Both the position numbers and the translations under genes were made by a program. Below, piece by piece: positions 12,168-24,041 of a stretch of 62,417 nt of DNA. The notes under the pieces were generated by a model. That model had not been told where the DNA came from and ran no database searches. It worked only from the letters and a program-made list of their open reading frames with translations. The stretch's first letter is position 1, and every line of letters begins with the position of its first letter. The DNA is taken from contig CAJWUE010000002.1 in NCBI GenBank assembly GCA_913047775.1, positions 1-62,417 on the forward strand, read 5' to 3'. The DNA is from an uncultured Rhodobiaceae bacterium (GTDB taxonomy: Bacteria > Pseudomonadota > Alphaproteobacteria > MED-G09).

Positions 12168-12962
12168 TTATTCGTCTGTGAAATCTGGATCACGCTTTTC
12201 AATAAACGCTGCCATCCCTTCTGTTTTGTCTGCTGTTGAAAACATGGAATGGAAGAGCCTTCTTTCAAATCTAATTCCCTCAGATAGTGTTGTTTCATAT
12301 GCTCTATTGATACATTCTTTGGTCATCATGGTGGCAATCAAAGATTTATTAGCAACAGTTATGGCTACCTCAACTACCTCTGCCAAAAAATCCTCTTTTT
12401 TCAAAACCCTGCTAACCAATCCAACTCTCTCCGCTTCATCAGCATCCATCATTCGTCCGGTTAGACACATCTCCATCGCCTTAGACTTACCAACAAATCT
12501 CGTCAATCTTTGACTTCCACCTGCACCTGGCATAACTCCCAAATTTATCTCAGGTTGGCCAAATTTGGCGGTTTCTGAGGCTAAAATAAAGTCGCACATC
12601 ATTGCTAGTTCACACCCGCCTCCAAGGGCATAGCCCGAAACAGCCGCAATAGTAGGCTTTCTACAACTTGCAACCCTCTCCCAATTTCTTGAAATGAAAT
12701 CTTCCTTATAAACATCCATATAGGATTTGGGTTGCATTTGTTTTATATCTGCTCCTGCAGCGAATGCCTTATCAGATCCAGTTAAGATTAAACATCTTAA
12801 ATCATCATCTTTTTCATAACCATCTAATACCGTAAACAGCTCATCCATTAGCTCATCGTTTAAAGCATTGAGAGAATCAGGCCGATTTAAGGTTGCCAGC
12901 ACTATCGAACCGTTTCCGTTCGTATTGTCTAAGATTTTTGTTATTACATTTTTGCCAGCCAT
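12168..12962 (-). CDS. Enoyl-CoA hydratase (crotonase family)
   Basis: 'LNRPDSLNALN', 'FAAGADIKQM', 'IAAVSGYALGGGCELAMMCD', 'FGQPEINLGVMPGAGGSQRL'. Confidence 0.9.
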   Translation of the reverse strand: MAGKNVITKILDNTNGNGSIVLATLNRPDSLNALNDELMDELFTVLDGYEKDDDLRCLILTGSDKAFAAGADIKQMQPKSYMDVYKEDFISRNWERVASCRKPTIAAVSGYALGGGCELAMMCDFILASETAKFGQPEINLGVMPGAGGSQRLTRFVGKSKAMEMCLTGRMMDADEAERVGLVSRVLKKEDFLAEVVEVAITVANKSLIATMMTKECINRAYETTLSEGIRFERRLFHSMFSTADKTEGMAAFIEKRDPDFTDE

Positions 12963-13043
12963 AAATATTTCCTTATAAAAAAATTAAGAGTGTTTACTTT
13001 CTTAAAGTACAAGATATAGAGGTAATTATAAATTACAATATTT

Positions 13044-13895
13044 CTATTTCTGACATTTTGGACAATAAAATGTCGATCTATTTGATTGCTTAATCCTTTT
13101 GATCTTAGCTTTACACCCGGGTTGAAGACAACTTTCATTTTCTCTTCCATAAACTTTAAACTTGTTTTGAAAATAACCAAGTTTGCCATCGGCATGGTGG
13201 AAGTCTTTTAGTGATGATCCACCAAAAAATATAGCTTCTCTGATTACTTCATTTATACTCTCAACCAAATCATATAATTTTTTTTTCGCCATTCCATTTT
13301 TTCTTACTAATTCATTTGTGAATTTTGTAGGTAAAATTTTTGATCTAAATAATGCTTCACATACGTATATATTACCCAATCCAGAAATAATTTTCTGATC
13401 TAATAGCGTATTTTTTAATGACCGTTTTCTACCTTTAAATGTTTCTGCCAAAGCTTCTGCGTTAAATTCATTACCTAACGGTTCGGGGCCAAGAGGAGAT
13501 AAAAGGTGATGCTTGTCTGGACAGTTGGCAGTGAGCAAAATGTATCCAAACCTTCTGATATCATTATAAATTAATAAACCATCGTCAAAATACAAAATCA
13601 TGTGATCGTGTTTAGAGATTTTATATTTCTTAATATCTCTACCTTTAACTATCTTAAAAGTACCTGACATTCCTAAATGTGCAATGATCACATAATTTTC
13701 AGATAAATAAAAAAGTAAATATTTTGCTCTTCTATCAATATTGAGAATAGTCTTATTTAAGATTTTCTTCCCAAATTTTCTGGAATATGGAAATCTCAGT
13801 TTTTTGCCCGAAAATTTGACGCTTTTGATAGTCTTGTTTACTACAAAATCCGCTAGACCTTTTTTAACAGTTTCAACTTCGGGTAACTCGGGCAT
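13044..13895 (-). CDS. mutM: Formamidopyrimidine-DNA glycosylase
   Basis: N-terminal 'MPELPEVETV', 'HLGMSG', C-terminal zinc finger 'C..GC......QSNRSTFYCPKCQ'. Confidence 0.95.
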   Translation of the reverse strand: MPELPEVETVKKGLADFVVNKTIKSVKFSGKKLRFPYSRKFGKKILNKTILNIDRRAKYLLFYLSENYVIIAHLGMSGTFKIVKGRDIKKYKISKHDHMILYFDDGLLIYNDIRRFGYILLTANCPDKHHLLSPLGPEPLGNEFNAEALAETFKGRKRSLKNTLLDQKIISGLGNIYVCEALFRSKILPTKFTNELVRKNGMAKKKLYDLVESINEVIREAIFFGGSSLKDFHHADGKLGYFQNKFKVYGRENESCLQPGCKAKIKRIKQSNRSTFYCPKCQK

Positions 13896-13965
13896 AAATT
13901 ATTTTTTCCTTACTAGAACAAAAGCTATCTTCAGGTTATGTTCGCCCGAAGAGATAATTTTTTCA

Positions 13966-14700
13966 ATGCCAAAGAACGATTTAAATACAGAAAATAATGA
14001 GGAAAAAAAGCACGCCTCTTATGTAAAAGGTGTTTTCGATAATGTTGCAGATAAATATGACATAATGAATGACTTTATGTCCCTTGGTCTTCAACGTTAT
14101 TGGAAAGATGAACTGATACAGATGGTTGGAAATAATTTCTCGGGTCCCTTGGACTATATTGACCTTGCAGGTGGAACTGGCGACGTTGCATTAAAATTTA
14201 AAAGAAAGTTTCCTGAAGCAAATATTCATATTATTGATAAAAATATAGAAATGATTAAGGCAGGTATTTCTAAAAACCCAAACAAATCTAACATTGATTA
14301 TTTATGTTCCTCGGGTGAAGATATGGCTATAAAAGACAGCTTTGCCGATGTTCTGACTCTATCATTCGGTATAAGAAATATGAGTAATCGCAAAAAGTGT
14401 CTTGAGGAATGTTTAAGAGTTTTAAAACCGGGTGGTTTATTCTTATGTATGGAATTTTCGATGCCTGAAAACTATACTTTGAGAAATATTTATGATGCCT
14501 GGTCTTATGGCATAATACCAAACCTAGGAAAATTAATAGTTGGCTCATCAGAACCTTATGAATATTTGGTTGATAGTATCCGATCCTTTCCTAACCCAAA
14601 TGAATTCAGTAAAATTTTAAGAAGTGTAGGATTTAAAAAATTGTCTATACGCCAACTGAGTGGCAATATTGTTTGTATATACAGAGCTAACAAGAATTAA
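13966..14700 (+). CDS. ubiE: Ubiquinone/menaquinone biosynthesis C-methyltransferase
   Basis: 'VFDNVADKYDIMNDFMSLGLQRYWK', SAM motif 'IDLAGGTGDVA', 'TLSFGIRNM', 'VLKPGGLFLCMEFS'. The upstream part of ORF 13741.. is antisense to mutM, so the start is taken at the ATG at 13966. Confidence 0.92.
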   Translation: MPKNDLNTENNEEKKHASYVKGVFDNVADKYDIMNDFMSLGLQRYWKDELIQMVGNNFSGPLDYIDLAGGTGDVALKFKRKFPEANIHIIDKNIEMIKAGISKNPNKSNIDYLCSSGEDMAIKDSFADVLTLSFGIRNMSNRKKCLEECLRVLKPGGLFLCMEFSMPENYTLRNIYDAWSYGIIPNLGKLIVGSSEPYEYLVDSIRSFPNPNEFSKILRSVGFKKLSIRQLSGNIVCIYRANKN

Positions 14701-16258
14701 ATTGAAAAATCTTGCAAAAATATTTAGGCTCCTGCGCGGACTAACAGCTCTCATCCGTGAAGAAACTTTATTTACAGAGAAATTCCTAAAATCAGCACCT
14801 ATTCAAATAAAAATTTTAAAGAAACTTCTAATTTTTAGAATTGGCCGATCAAATGATTTATCAGAAACTCTTCAAAAACTTGGCCCTACTTGGATAAAAT
14901 TAGGACAATTCCTATCTACCCGTCCTGATATCATTGGCCAGAATCTTTCTGAAAAACTCAAAAATCTTCAAGATCAACTCTCTCCATTTGATAAAAAAGA
15001 AACTTTAAGAATCCTTCGTGAGGAATTTGGAGAAGATTTCGAAGAAATATTTATAAACATTGAATCTGCCAAATCTGCTGCCTCAATTGCCCAAGTGCAT
15101 AAGTCAACGATAAAGGTAAATGATATCGAATCAGACGTAGCATTAAAAATACTTAGACCCAATATAAAGAAAAATATTAAAAGGGACTTAGAAGATTTTT
15201 TCTTTGCGGCTAAATTTCTTGAAAGATTCTCCGTTGAAGCTAAGCGTTTAAGATTAACCGAAATTATTGAAACGTTAGAAGAAATTGTCGGAATAGAAAC
15301 TGATCTTAGGTTAGAAGCAGCCGCTCAATCTGAGGTAAGAGAAAATACCATCAATGATGAATTTTTTTATGCCCCTAAAATAAACTGGGACTTAACTAGG
15401 AAAAATATTTTAGTTTCAGAGTGGGTAGATGCTACGTCAGCAAATAATATTCCAGAAATTAAAGCCATGGGTCTGAATCTAAAGGAGATAGGAAAAAAGA
15501 TTATAGAAATTTTCCTTACTTTGTCTATAAGAGATGGTCTTTTTCATGCCGATATGCATCAAGGAAATCTTTTTATAGACAGTAAAGGAAAAATTATAGC
15601 TGTGGATTTTGGTATTATGGGAAGATTAAATAATGAAAGTAAAAGATATCTATTGGAAATTTTACTTGGTTTTATAAATAGAGATTATGAAAGAATTGCC
15701 GATATTCATTTTGACGCAAATTATGTGCCAGCTGAACAAAATAAGGATAAATTTGCTCAAGCCCTAAGAGCAATAGGTGAGCCAATTCAAGGAAAAGAGG
15801 CTTCCGAGATATCGATTGGAAGATTATTATCACAATTATTCGAAGTTACTAATCAGTTCAACATGAGAACTCAACCTCAATTAATTCTTCTGCAAAAAAC
15901 TATGGTTGTTGTAGAAGGCGTTGCTAGAGAATTTAATTCGGAGATTAATATATGGAGTCATTCTGAACCTATCCTAAAAAACCTCCAAAATGCTAAGTTT
16001 GATATTTTATCTGATATTAATAATGAGCCTGATAAAATTTTAAGGAATGCAAGAAATTTTATCGAAAATCTTCCTAAGGACTTTGAGAAAGCTAAAAAGA
16101 ACCTAACTGATCTAGGTGAAATTTTCGACAGAGATGGAATCAAAATCCATCCAGAAAGCATAGATAAATATAATCAAAAAAAAGAAATCTCGCTGATTAG
16201 CGGAATAATAATAATTATCTTAGTTTTTTTCCTGTTATTATTGATATTTAAAGTTTAA
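14660..16258 (+). CDS. ubiB: UbiB/ABC1-family ubiquinone biosynthesis protein kinase-like protein
   Basis: 'LGPTWIKLGQFLSTRPDIIG', 'ASIAQVHKS', 'VALKILRPNI', 'LFHADMHQGNLFI', 'VDFGIMGRL', C-terminal TM helix. The start is uncertain: 14660 overlaps ubiE, and the TTG at 14702 is an alternative. Confidence 0.9.
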   Translation: MAILFVYTELTRIKLKNLAKIFRLLRGLTALIREETLFTEKFLKSAPIQIKILKKLLIFRIGRSNDLSETLQKLGPTWIKLGQFLSTRPDIIGQNLSEKLKNLQDQLSPFDKKETLRILREEFGEDFEEIFINIESAKSAASIAQVHKSTIKVNDIESDVALKILRPNIKKNIKRDLEDFFFAAKFLERFSVEAKRLRLTEIIETLEEIVGIETDLRLEAAAQSEVRENTINDEFFYAPKINWDLTRKNILVSEWVDATSANNIPEIKAMGLNLKEIGKKIIEIFLTLSIRDGLFHADMHQGNLFIDSKGKIIAVDFGIMGRLNNESKRYLLEILLGFINRDYERIADIHFDANYVPAEQNKDKFAQALRAIGEPIQGKEASEISIGRLLSQLFEVTNQFNMRTQPQLILLQKTMVVVEGVAREFNSEINIWSHSEPILKNLQNAKFDILSDINNEPDKILRNARNFIENLPKDFEKAKKNLTDLGEIFDRDGIKIHPESIDKYNQKKEISLISGIIIIILVFFLLLLIFKV

Positions 16259-16328
16259 TAAGAATTTCATTGCCATTTGCTACTCCTGAAAATACAGTTT
16301 CAGGATATGTTTGGGAAAGACAGGATGT

Positions 16329-17531
16329 ATGAAAAAGATTTTGTTAATAGTAACTGGAGGTATTGCTGCCTATAGGACCCTAGATCTTATCAGGGAAATA
16401 AAGAGGCAAGGCGATGATGTTACCTGTGTCCTCACTTCTGGTGCACAACAATTTGTTCAACCTCTTTCCTTTGGTTCCTTATCAGGAAATAAAGTTTATA
16501 CCGAATTATTTGACCTTAATAATGAATCCACAATGGGTCATATCAACTTATCAAGACAACACGATTTAATCGTTGTGGCTCCAGCTACCGCTAACATTAT
16601 CTCGAAAATGTCTTATGGGATTGCTGATGATCTAGCAAGCACAATTCTTTTAGCAACAGACAAACCAATTATGGTTGTACCTTCAATGAATGTAAAGATG
16701 TGGGAAAATCTTTCAACAACTTCAAATGTTAAAAAATTAAAAAACAAAGGCATATATTTTGTTGGACCAAATAAAGGTGAAATGGCTTGCGGTGAATTTG
16801 GATACGGAAAAATGGCCCTAGTTAAAGAAATCTCTAACGAAATAAACTTTGTATTAAAACCTGGACCTTTGGTGGGAAGAAAGGCATTAGTTACCTCAGG
16901 ACCAACTATTGAGTCAATTGATCCAGTAAGATTTATATCAAACAGATCCTCCGGTAAACAGGGTCACGCTATAGCGAGAATGCTTGGGAATTATGGGGCG
17001 GAAACCACTCTTATCTCTGGTCCTGTAAACTTAGAAAATCCTACAAATGTTAAAGTTAAGAATGTCAACACAGCTGAAGAAATGTTTGTTGCTTGTAAAG
17101 ATAGTCTGCCTGTTGACATAGCTATATTTGCAGCTGCAGTTTCAGACTGGAGGGCCGAGTCTCTTGCAAATCAGAAAATCAAAAAGGAAGGATTGGAAGG
17201 CAAGCCCCTAAAAATCAGCTTTACGGAGAACAATGATATTTTGAAAGAAATTAGCACTCTATCATCCAATAGACCAAAACTTGTAATAGGTTTCTCATTA
17301 GAGACTGAAAATCTAATAGCCTCTGCAAAAAATAAACTTGCTCAGAAATCATGTGACTGGATTATTGCAAATAATTATAACAATGGACAAGAGAGTGTCT
17401 TTAATAGTGAAATGAATAATGTTAAATTCGTTAATACTAATTCTGAAGAAGACTGGGGATTAATGACTAAAATCTCTGTTGCAGGAAAACTATGCGACAA
17501 AATTTCAGGATTTTTTAAAAGTGCTGCTTAA
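16329..17531 (+). CDS. coaBC: Bifunctional phosphopantothenoylcysteine decarboxylase / phosphopantothenate-cysteine ligase
   Basis: 'KILLIVTGGIAAYRTLDLIR', 'APATANIISKMSYGIADDL', 'PSMNVKMW', 'VTSGPTIESIDPVRFISNRSSGKQG'. Confidence 0.93.
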   Translation: MKKILLIVTGGIAAYRTLDLIREIKRQGDDVTCVLTSGAQQFVQPLSFGSLSGNKVYTELFDLNNESTMGHINLSRQHDLIVVAPATANIISKMSYGIADDLASTILLATDKPIMVVPSMNVKMWENLSTTSNVKKLKNKGIYFVGPNKGEMACGEFGYGKMALVKEISNEINFVLKPGPLVGRKALVTSGPTIESIDPVRFISNRSSGKQGHAIARMLGNYGAETTLISGPVNLENPTNVKVKNVNTAEEMFVACKDSLPVDIAIFAAAVSDWRAESLANQKIKKEGLEGKPLKISFTENNDILKEISTLSSNRPKLVIGFSLETENLIASAKNKLAQKSCDWIIANNYNNGQESVFNSEMNNVKFVNTNSEEDWGLMTKISVAGKLCDKISGFFKSAA

Positions 17532-17556
17532 TATTTGATTGTCTAACGCAAAAAAA

Positions 17557-18312
17557 ATGAATAGCTCATCAGATCTAGAAAGATATTCTCGCCATTTAAT
17601 TTTAAAAGAAATTGGGGGTCCAGGCCTAAAAAAACTCAAGAATTCAAGTGTTTTAATTATAGGGCTTGGAGGATTAGGGTCACCATTACTCCAGTATCTA
17701 TGTACTTCCGGAATTGGTAGTATTGGTTTAGTCGATTTCGATAAAATTGAATTATCGAATCTTAATCGCCAAATTATTTACGGAACCTCTGATGTAGGAA
17801 AAAATAAAACTGACATTGCAAGAAAGATAGCTAAGAACTTAAACCCCTCTATAAATATAGATGCATATAATGAAAGAGTTACATCAACAAATATTAAAAA
17901 AATTATCAAAAATTATGACATTGTAGCCGATGGAACTGATAACCTTGAAGCTAAATTAACAATTAATGATGCTTGTCATTATCTTAAAAAACCTATGGTG
18001 ATGTGCTCAGTTAGCGGATTCTTTGGCTATATTTCTACTTTCAAGTCTTACGAAAAGGACGGGGAAGGGTTAAAGAATCCTTCGTATAGAAGCCTTATGA
18101 GAAATAAAATAGTCAGCGAAAATGATTGTGAAACAAATGGTATCCTAGGTTCCATTGCCGGTATAATGGGATCAATCCAAGCTACAGAAGTTATTAAATT
18201 AATAACTGAAACTGGAGAAAACTTAGTTGGAAAACTGTTGATTTTAGATGGTCTAAACTTAGATTTCCAAATAATTAAGCTTAATCGGGATGATAACTTC
18301 GATTTAAATTAA
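17557..18312 (+). CDS. HesA/MoeB/ThiF-family adenylyltransferase
   Basis: 'RYSRHLILKEIGGPGLKKLKNSSVLIIGLGGLGSPLLQYL', 'DFDKIELSNLNRQIIY'. No rhodanese domain. Confidence 0.85.
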   Translation: MNSSSDLERYSRHLILKEIGGPGLKKLKNSSVLIIGLGGLGSPLLQYLCTSGIGSIGLVDFDKIELSNLNRQIIYGTSDVGKNKTDIARKIAKNLNPSINIDAYNERVTSTNIKKIIKNYDIVADGTDNLEAKLTINDACHYLKKPMVMCSVSGFFGYISTFKSYEKDGEGLKNPSYRSLMRNKIVSENDCETNGILGSIAGIMGSIQATEVIKLITETGENLVGKLLILDGLNLDFQIIKLNRDDNFDLN

Positions 18313-18325
18313 GAAAAATATTTAA

Positions 18326-18811
18326 ATGACGAAAATAAATAACAGAAGAACACAAAAACTATTTATAATTTTACTTCTGTTCCAACTTATTATCTATCAC
18401 GATAGCTCTTATGCCCAAATAGGACAAACAAGCTGGGGATCATTAAAGTATAAAAAAACCTATCTAAGAACAGGGCCTTCTAAGGAAAATAAAGTTTTAT
18501 GGACATACAAAAAGAAAGGTCTGCCTTTAAGAATAATGAGAAAAAGAGGTGATTGGTATTACGTAGAAATGGCAGATAAAGAAAAAGGATGGGTAAACTC
18601 CAGTCAAGTCAGTACAAAAAGGACGATTATAGTAATTGCAGAAGATTTAATACCACTTAGAGAAAATCCCTCTACTAACTCCAAAATTATTGCAAAAGTT
18701 GAAAAGAATGCCATAGGCGATTTATTAAAATGCGAAAGAATCATTTGTGAGATAGATTTTTACGACGTTATAGGCTTTGTGGAAAAAGAATTTTTATGGG
18801 GTGTTGACTAA
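18326..18811 (+). CDS. Secreted protein with tandem bacterial SH3-like domains (DUF1058-like)
   Basis: Signal peptide, 'LKYKKTYLRTGPSKENKVLWTYKKKGLPLRIMRKRGDWYYVEMADKEKGWVNSSQV', and a second SH3-like half ending 'GFVEKEFLWGV'. Confidence 0.75.
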   Translation: MTKINNRRTQKLFIILLLFQLIIYHDSSYAQIGQTSWGSLKYKKTYLRTGPSKENKVLWTYKKKGLPLRIMRKRGDWYYVEMADKEKGWVNSSQVSTKRTIIVIAEDLIPLRENPSTNSKIIAKVEKNAIGDLLKCERIICEIDFYDVIGFVEKEFLWGVD

Positions 18812-18827
18812 AATCAATCAAATTAGA

Positions 18828-20981
<2,154 letters not shown>

Positions 20982-20987
20982 TTATTC

Positions 20988-21374
20988 TTAAATTTTGAAA
21001 AGAATATCTATCTTTTTAATCTTTTCTTTTTTCAAACTTCTTGGAAGCGAAAAAGTAACTTTTTCGGATTCAAGATCAGTCAATGTTCCATCTCTTTCAT
21101 TAAAAATATGATAATGGTGATTTGTGTTAGTATCAAACCACAATCTTTCATCATCGTGACTAACTTTTACTATAAGACCACAATCATAAAAATCATTCAG
21201 GACATTATAAACAGTAGCTTGCGAAACATTTAAATTTTTAAGCTGGGCCTTATTTTTCAAGATTTCTGCCGTAAAATGCCAATTTCCCTGAGAAAATATT
21301 AATTCTCCAAGAGAGATCCTTTGTTTCGTTAATCTAAGATTGTGCTTCTTAAGAATACTCTTAATATTACTCAT
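20988..21374 (-). CDS. irr: Fur-family regulator, Irr-like (iron response regulator)
   Basis: Winged HTH 'LRLTKQRISLGELIF...VSQATVYNVLNDFYDCGLI' and a His cluster 'NHHYH'. No CxxC pairs. Divergent from fabA, the usual alphaproteobacterial irr position. Confidence 0.7.
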   Translation of the reverse strand: MSNIKSILKKHNLRLTKQRISLGELIFSQGNWHFTAEILKNKAQLKNLNVSQATVYNVLNDFYDCGLIVKVSHDDERLWFDTNTNHHYHIFNERDGTLTDLESEKVTFSLPRSLKKEKIKKIDILFKI

Positions 21375-21487
21375 TGAAACATAATAACTTTTTTCTAGTT
21401 TATAATCAATATAAACTGGAAAATTTTATCTTTTTGTTACATATGGCTTTGTTAATGTGTTAAAGGTTCATATAAGGTTTGTTAGTA

Positions 21488-21988
21488 ATGCAAAAAAGAA
21501 ATTCTTATGGTTATGATTCTTTAATTGAGTGTGCCCAGGGTAACATGTTTGGTAAAGGAAATGCTCAACTACCTATGCCACCAATGTTAATGATAGATAG
21601 AATCACAAAAATTTCTAATGAAGGTGGAAAAAATGGTAGGGGTGAAATTCTTGCTGAATTGGATGTAAAGCCTAATTTATGGTTTTTTGATTGTCATTTT
21701 CCAAATGATCCCGTAATGCCAGGTTGTTTAGGTTTGGATGCAATGTGGCAATTGTTAGGCTTCTTCCTAGGTTGGCTAGGTGAAAAAGGCCAAGGAAGAG
21801 CCATTTCTGTAGGAAAAGTTAAATTTTCAGGAATGGTTTTACCCTCTTCAAAAAAACTTCAATATAGAATAAATATTAAAAGGGTTTTAACCAGTAAATT
21901 GGTTTTGGGTATTGCTGATGGGATATTAAGTGCTGATGGGGAAGACATATACAAAGCTGAAGACATAAGAGTAGGTTTGTTTCAATAA
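21488..21988 (+). CDS. fabA: 3-hydroxydecanoyl-ACP dehydratase / trans-2-decenoyl-ACP isomerase
   Basis: '[12 protein letters not shown]', '[32 protein letters not shown]'. Confidence 0.93.
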   Translation: MQKRNSYGYDSLIECAQGNMFGKGNAQLPMPPMLMIDRITKISNEGGKNGRGEILAELDVKPNLWFFDCHFPNDPVMPGCLGLDAMWQLLGFFLGWLGEKGQGRAISVGKVKFSGMVLPSSKKLQYRINIKRVLTSKLVLGIADGILSADGEDIYKAEDIRVGLFQ

Positions 21989-22007
21989 TCCTTAGTGGGA
22001 GAAGTAA

Positions 22008-23225
22008 ATGAGGCGTGTCGTAGTAACAGGAATGGGAATTGTATCTTGTATTGGCAATAATACTCAAGAAGTACTTGCAAATTTACGTGAAGGAAAATCA
22101 GGTATAACTAAATCTGAAGAACACGTTGAACTAGGTTTCCGAAGCCAGGTATATGGAAAACCTAGCTTAGATCCTGAAGATTATTTGGAAAAAAAGGAAA
22201 GAAGATTTATGGGCATGGGCGCTGCTTGGAATTATATTTCTATGGTTCAAGCAATTGAAGATGCTGGTCTTAAAGAGAAGGATATTATTAATGAGAAAAC
22301 TGGTTTAATAATGGGATCGGGAGGACCTTCCACAAAAACACTTATTGAATCGGCAGATATTGCAAGAACAAAAGGACCTAGAAGGGTAGGTCCATTTGCT
22401 GTGCCAAAAGCAATGTCATCAACTAATTCAGCAACACTGGCAACGCCATTCGGCATTAAGGGAGTAAATTATTCTATCTCATCAGCGTGTGCTACTTCAG
22501 CCCATTGTATTGGTAATGCTTATGAATTAATCCAGTATGGAAAACAAGACACTATGTTTGCTGGTGGGGGTGAAGAATTAAATTGGGCCCTGTCGGTTCT
22601 TTTCGATGCTATGGGCGCCATGTCTTCAAAATATAATGAAACTCCGTCGACATCTAGTCGAGCCTATGATCGTGATAGAGACGGATTTGTAATTGCTGGA
22701 GGGGCTGGCGTCTTGATACTTGAAGAAATGGAAAAGGCAAAAGCCCGAGGAGCTAAGATCTATGCTGAATTAACTGGATATGGTGCTACTTCTGACGGAC
22801 ACGATATGGTTCAACCATCTGGAGAGGGTGCTGCTAGATGTATGAAAATGGCCATGCAGGATTTAGATGGTCAGATTGACTACATTAATCCCCATGCAAC
22901 TTCAACACCTATCGGGGATGAAAAGGAAATTGAAGCTATTAGAGAAGTTTTTGGAAATGATATTCCTCCATTAAGCGCAACTAAATCATTAAGTGGGCAT
23001 AGCCTTGGCGCGGCAGGGGTGCAAGAGGCTATTTATTCGATTCTCATGATGAACAATGGTTTTATAACAAAATCAGCCAATATTGAAAATATTGATCCTA
23101 ATTTTGAAGACTTGCCTATACCACAGAAGAGACTAGACAATGTAGACCTCAACTACATATTGTCTAATAGCTTCGGTTTTGGTGGAACAAACGCTTCCTT
23201 GGTTTTCAAAAATCCTAAAGCATAG
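22008..23225 (+). CDS. fabB: 3-oxoacyl-ACP synthase I
   Basis: '[17 protein letters not shown]', active-site '[14 protein letters not shown]', '[12 protein letters not shown]', '[16 protein letters not shown]'. Confidence 0.93.
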   Translation: MRRVVVTGMGIVSCIGNNTQEVLANLREGKSGITKSEEHVELGFRSQVYGKPSLDPEDYLEKKERRFMGMGAAWNYISMVQAIEDAGLKEKDIINEKTGLIMGSGGPSTKTLIESADIARTKGPRRVGPFAVPKAMSSTNSATLATPFGIKGVNYSISSACATSAHCIGNAYELIQYGKQDTMFAGGGEELNWALSVLFDAMGAMSSKYNETPSTSSRAYDRDRDGFVIAGGAGVLILEEMEKAKARGAKIYAELTGYGATSDGHDMVQPSGEGAARCMKMAMQDLDGQIDYINPHATSTPIGDEKEIEAIREVFGNDIPPLSATKSLSGHSLGAAGVQEAIYSILMMNNGFITKSANIENIDPNFEDLPIPQKRLDNVDLNYILSNSFGFGGTNASLVFKNPKA

Positions 23226-23233
23226 GAAAAGAA

Positions 23234-24031
23234 ATGAGTTTTAAATCTGGTCTTATGAAAGGAAAAAAAGGGTTGATCATGGGGGTGGCCAACGATCATT
23301 CTCTTGCTTGGGGAATTGCGGATGTTCTTAATAAAAATTCCGCAGAATTAGCATTTACTTACCAAGGTGAAGCATTACTTAAGCGGGTAGAGCCATTAGC
23401 AAAAAGCGTTAAATCTGAATATATTTTGAAATGTGATGTCAGTAATCAAGGAGAATTAGAAAAAGTTTATGAATTCCTTAAGGACAAATGGGGAAGAATA
23501 GATTTTTTGGTTCATGCTATAGCCTATTCAGACAAGAATGAATTAAACGGCCGTTACGTAGATACTTCGAAAGAAAATTTTCTTAATACTATGGAAATTT
23601 CTTGCTTCTCTTTTACCCAAATTCTGAGAATCTTTGAACCCTTATTAACAGGAAATAGTTCTGTTCTTACTTTAACTTATGGGGGCTCTGAGCGGGTAAT
23701 TCCTAATTACAATGTTATGGGTGTTGCTAAGGCTGCATTAGAATCTTCTGTAAGATATTTGGCTTCAGATTTGGGTGACAAAGGAATAAGAGTAAACGCA
23801 CTATCATCAGGCATGATGAGAACCCTAGCAGGATCAGCAGTAAACGGTTCTAGAGATATGTTTAAATTTGCTGAAAAGCATAAACCCTTAAAATATGACC
23901 TCACGCTTGAAAACATTGGCTCATCAGGATTGTATCTTCTTTCAGACTTATCTGCGGGGGTAACGGGAGAAGTACATTATGTAGATCAGGGTTACAACAC
24001 AATAGGAATGCCTAAAATTAAAGATCTTTAA
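23234..24031 (+). CDS. fabI: Enoyl-ACP reductase (NADH)
   Basis: 'GKKGLIMGVANDHSLAWGIA', 'FLVHAIAYSD', 'YNVMGVAKAALESSVRYLA', 'IRVNALSSG'. Confidence 0.93.
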   Translation: MSFKSGLMKGKKGLIMGVANDHSLAWGIADVLNKNSAELAFTYQGEALLKRVEPLAKSVKSEYILKCDVSNQGELEKVYEFLKDKWGRIDFLVHAIAYSDKNELNGRYVDTSKENFLNTMEISCFSFTQILRIFEPLLTGNSSVLTLTYGGSERVIPNYNVMGVAKAALESSVRYLASDLGDKGIRVNALSSGMMRTLAGSAVNGSRDMFKFAEKHKPLKYDLTLENIGSSGLYLLSDLSAGVTGEVHYVDQGYNTIGMPKIKDL

Positions 24032-24041
24032 ATTCTAAAGG

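Noticed and set aside
12944-13195. An 83-aa minus-strand ORF overlapping the 3' end of mutM and the echA-mutM spacer.
   Set aside because: It is out of frame with, and overlaps, the well-supported mutM zinc-finger region. It has no recognisable similarity.
16287-16306. A perfect 7-bp inverted repeat CCTGAAA-N6-TTTCAGG between ubiB and coaBC, considered as a terminator.
   Set aside because: The stem is weak (4 of 7 pairs are A-U) and no U-tract follows. It could be chance or a minor regulatory element, but it is not supportable as a terminator.
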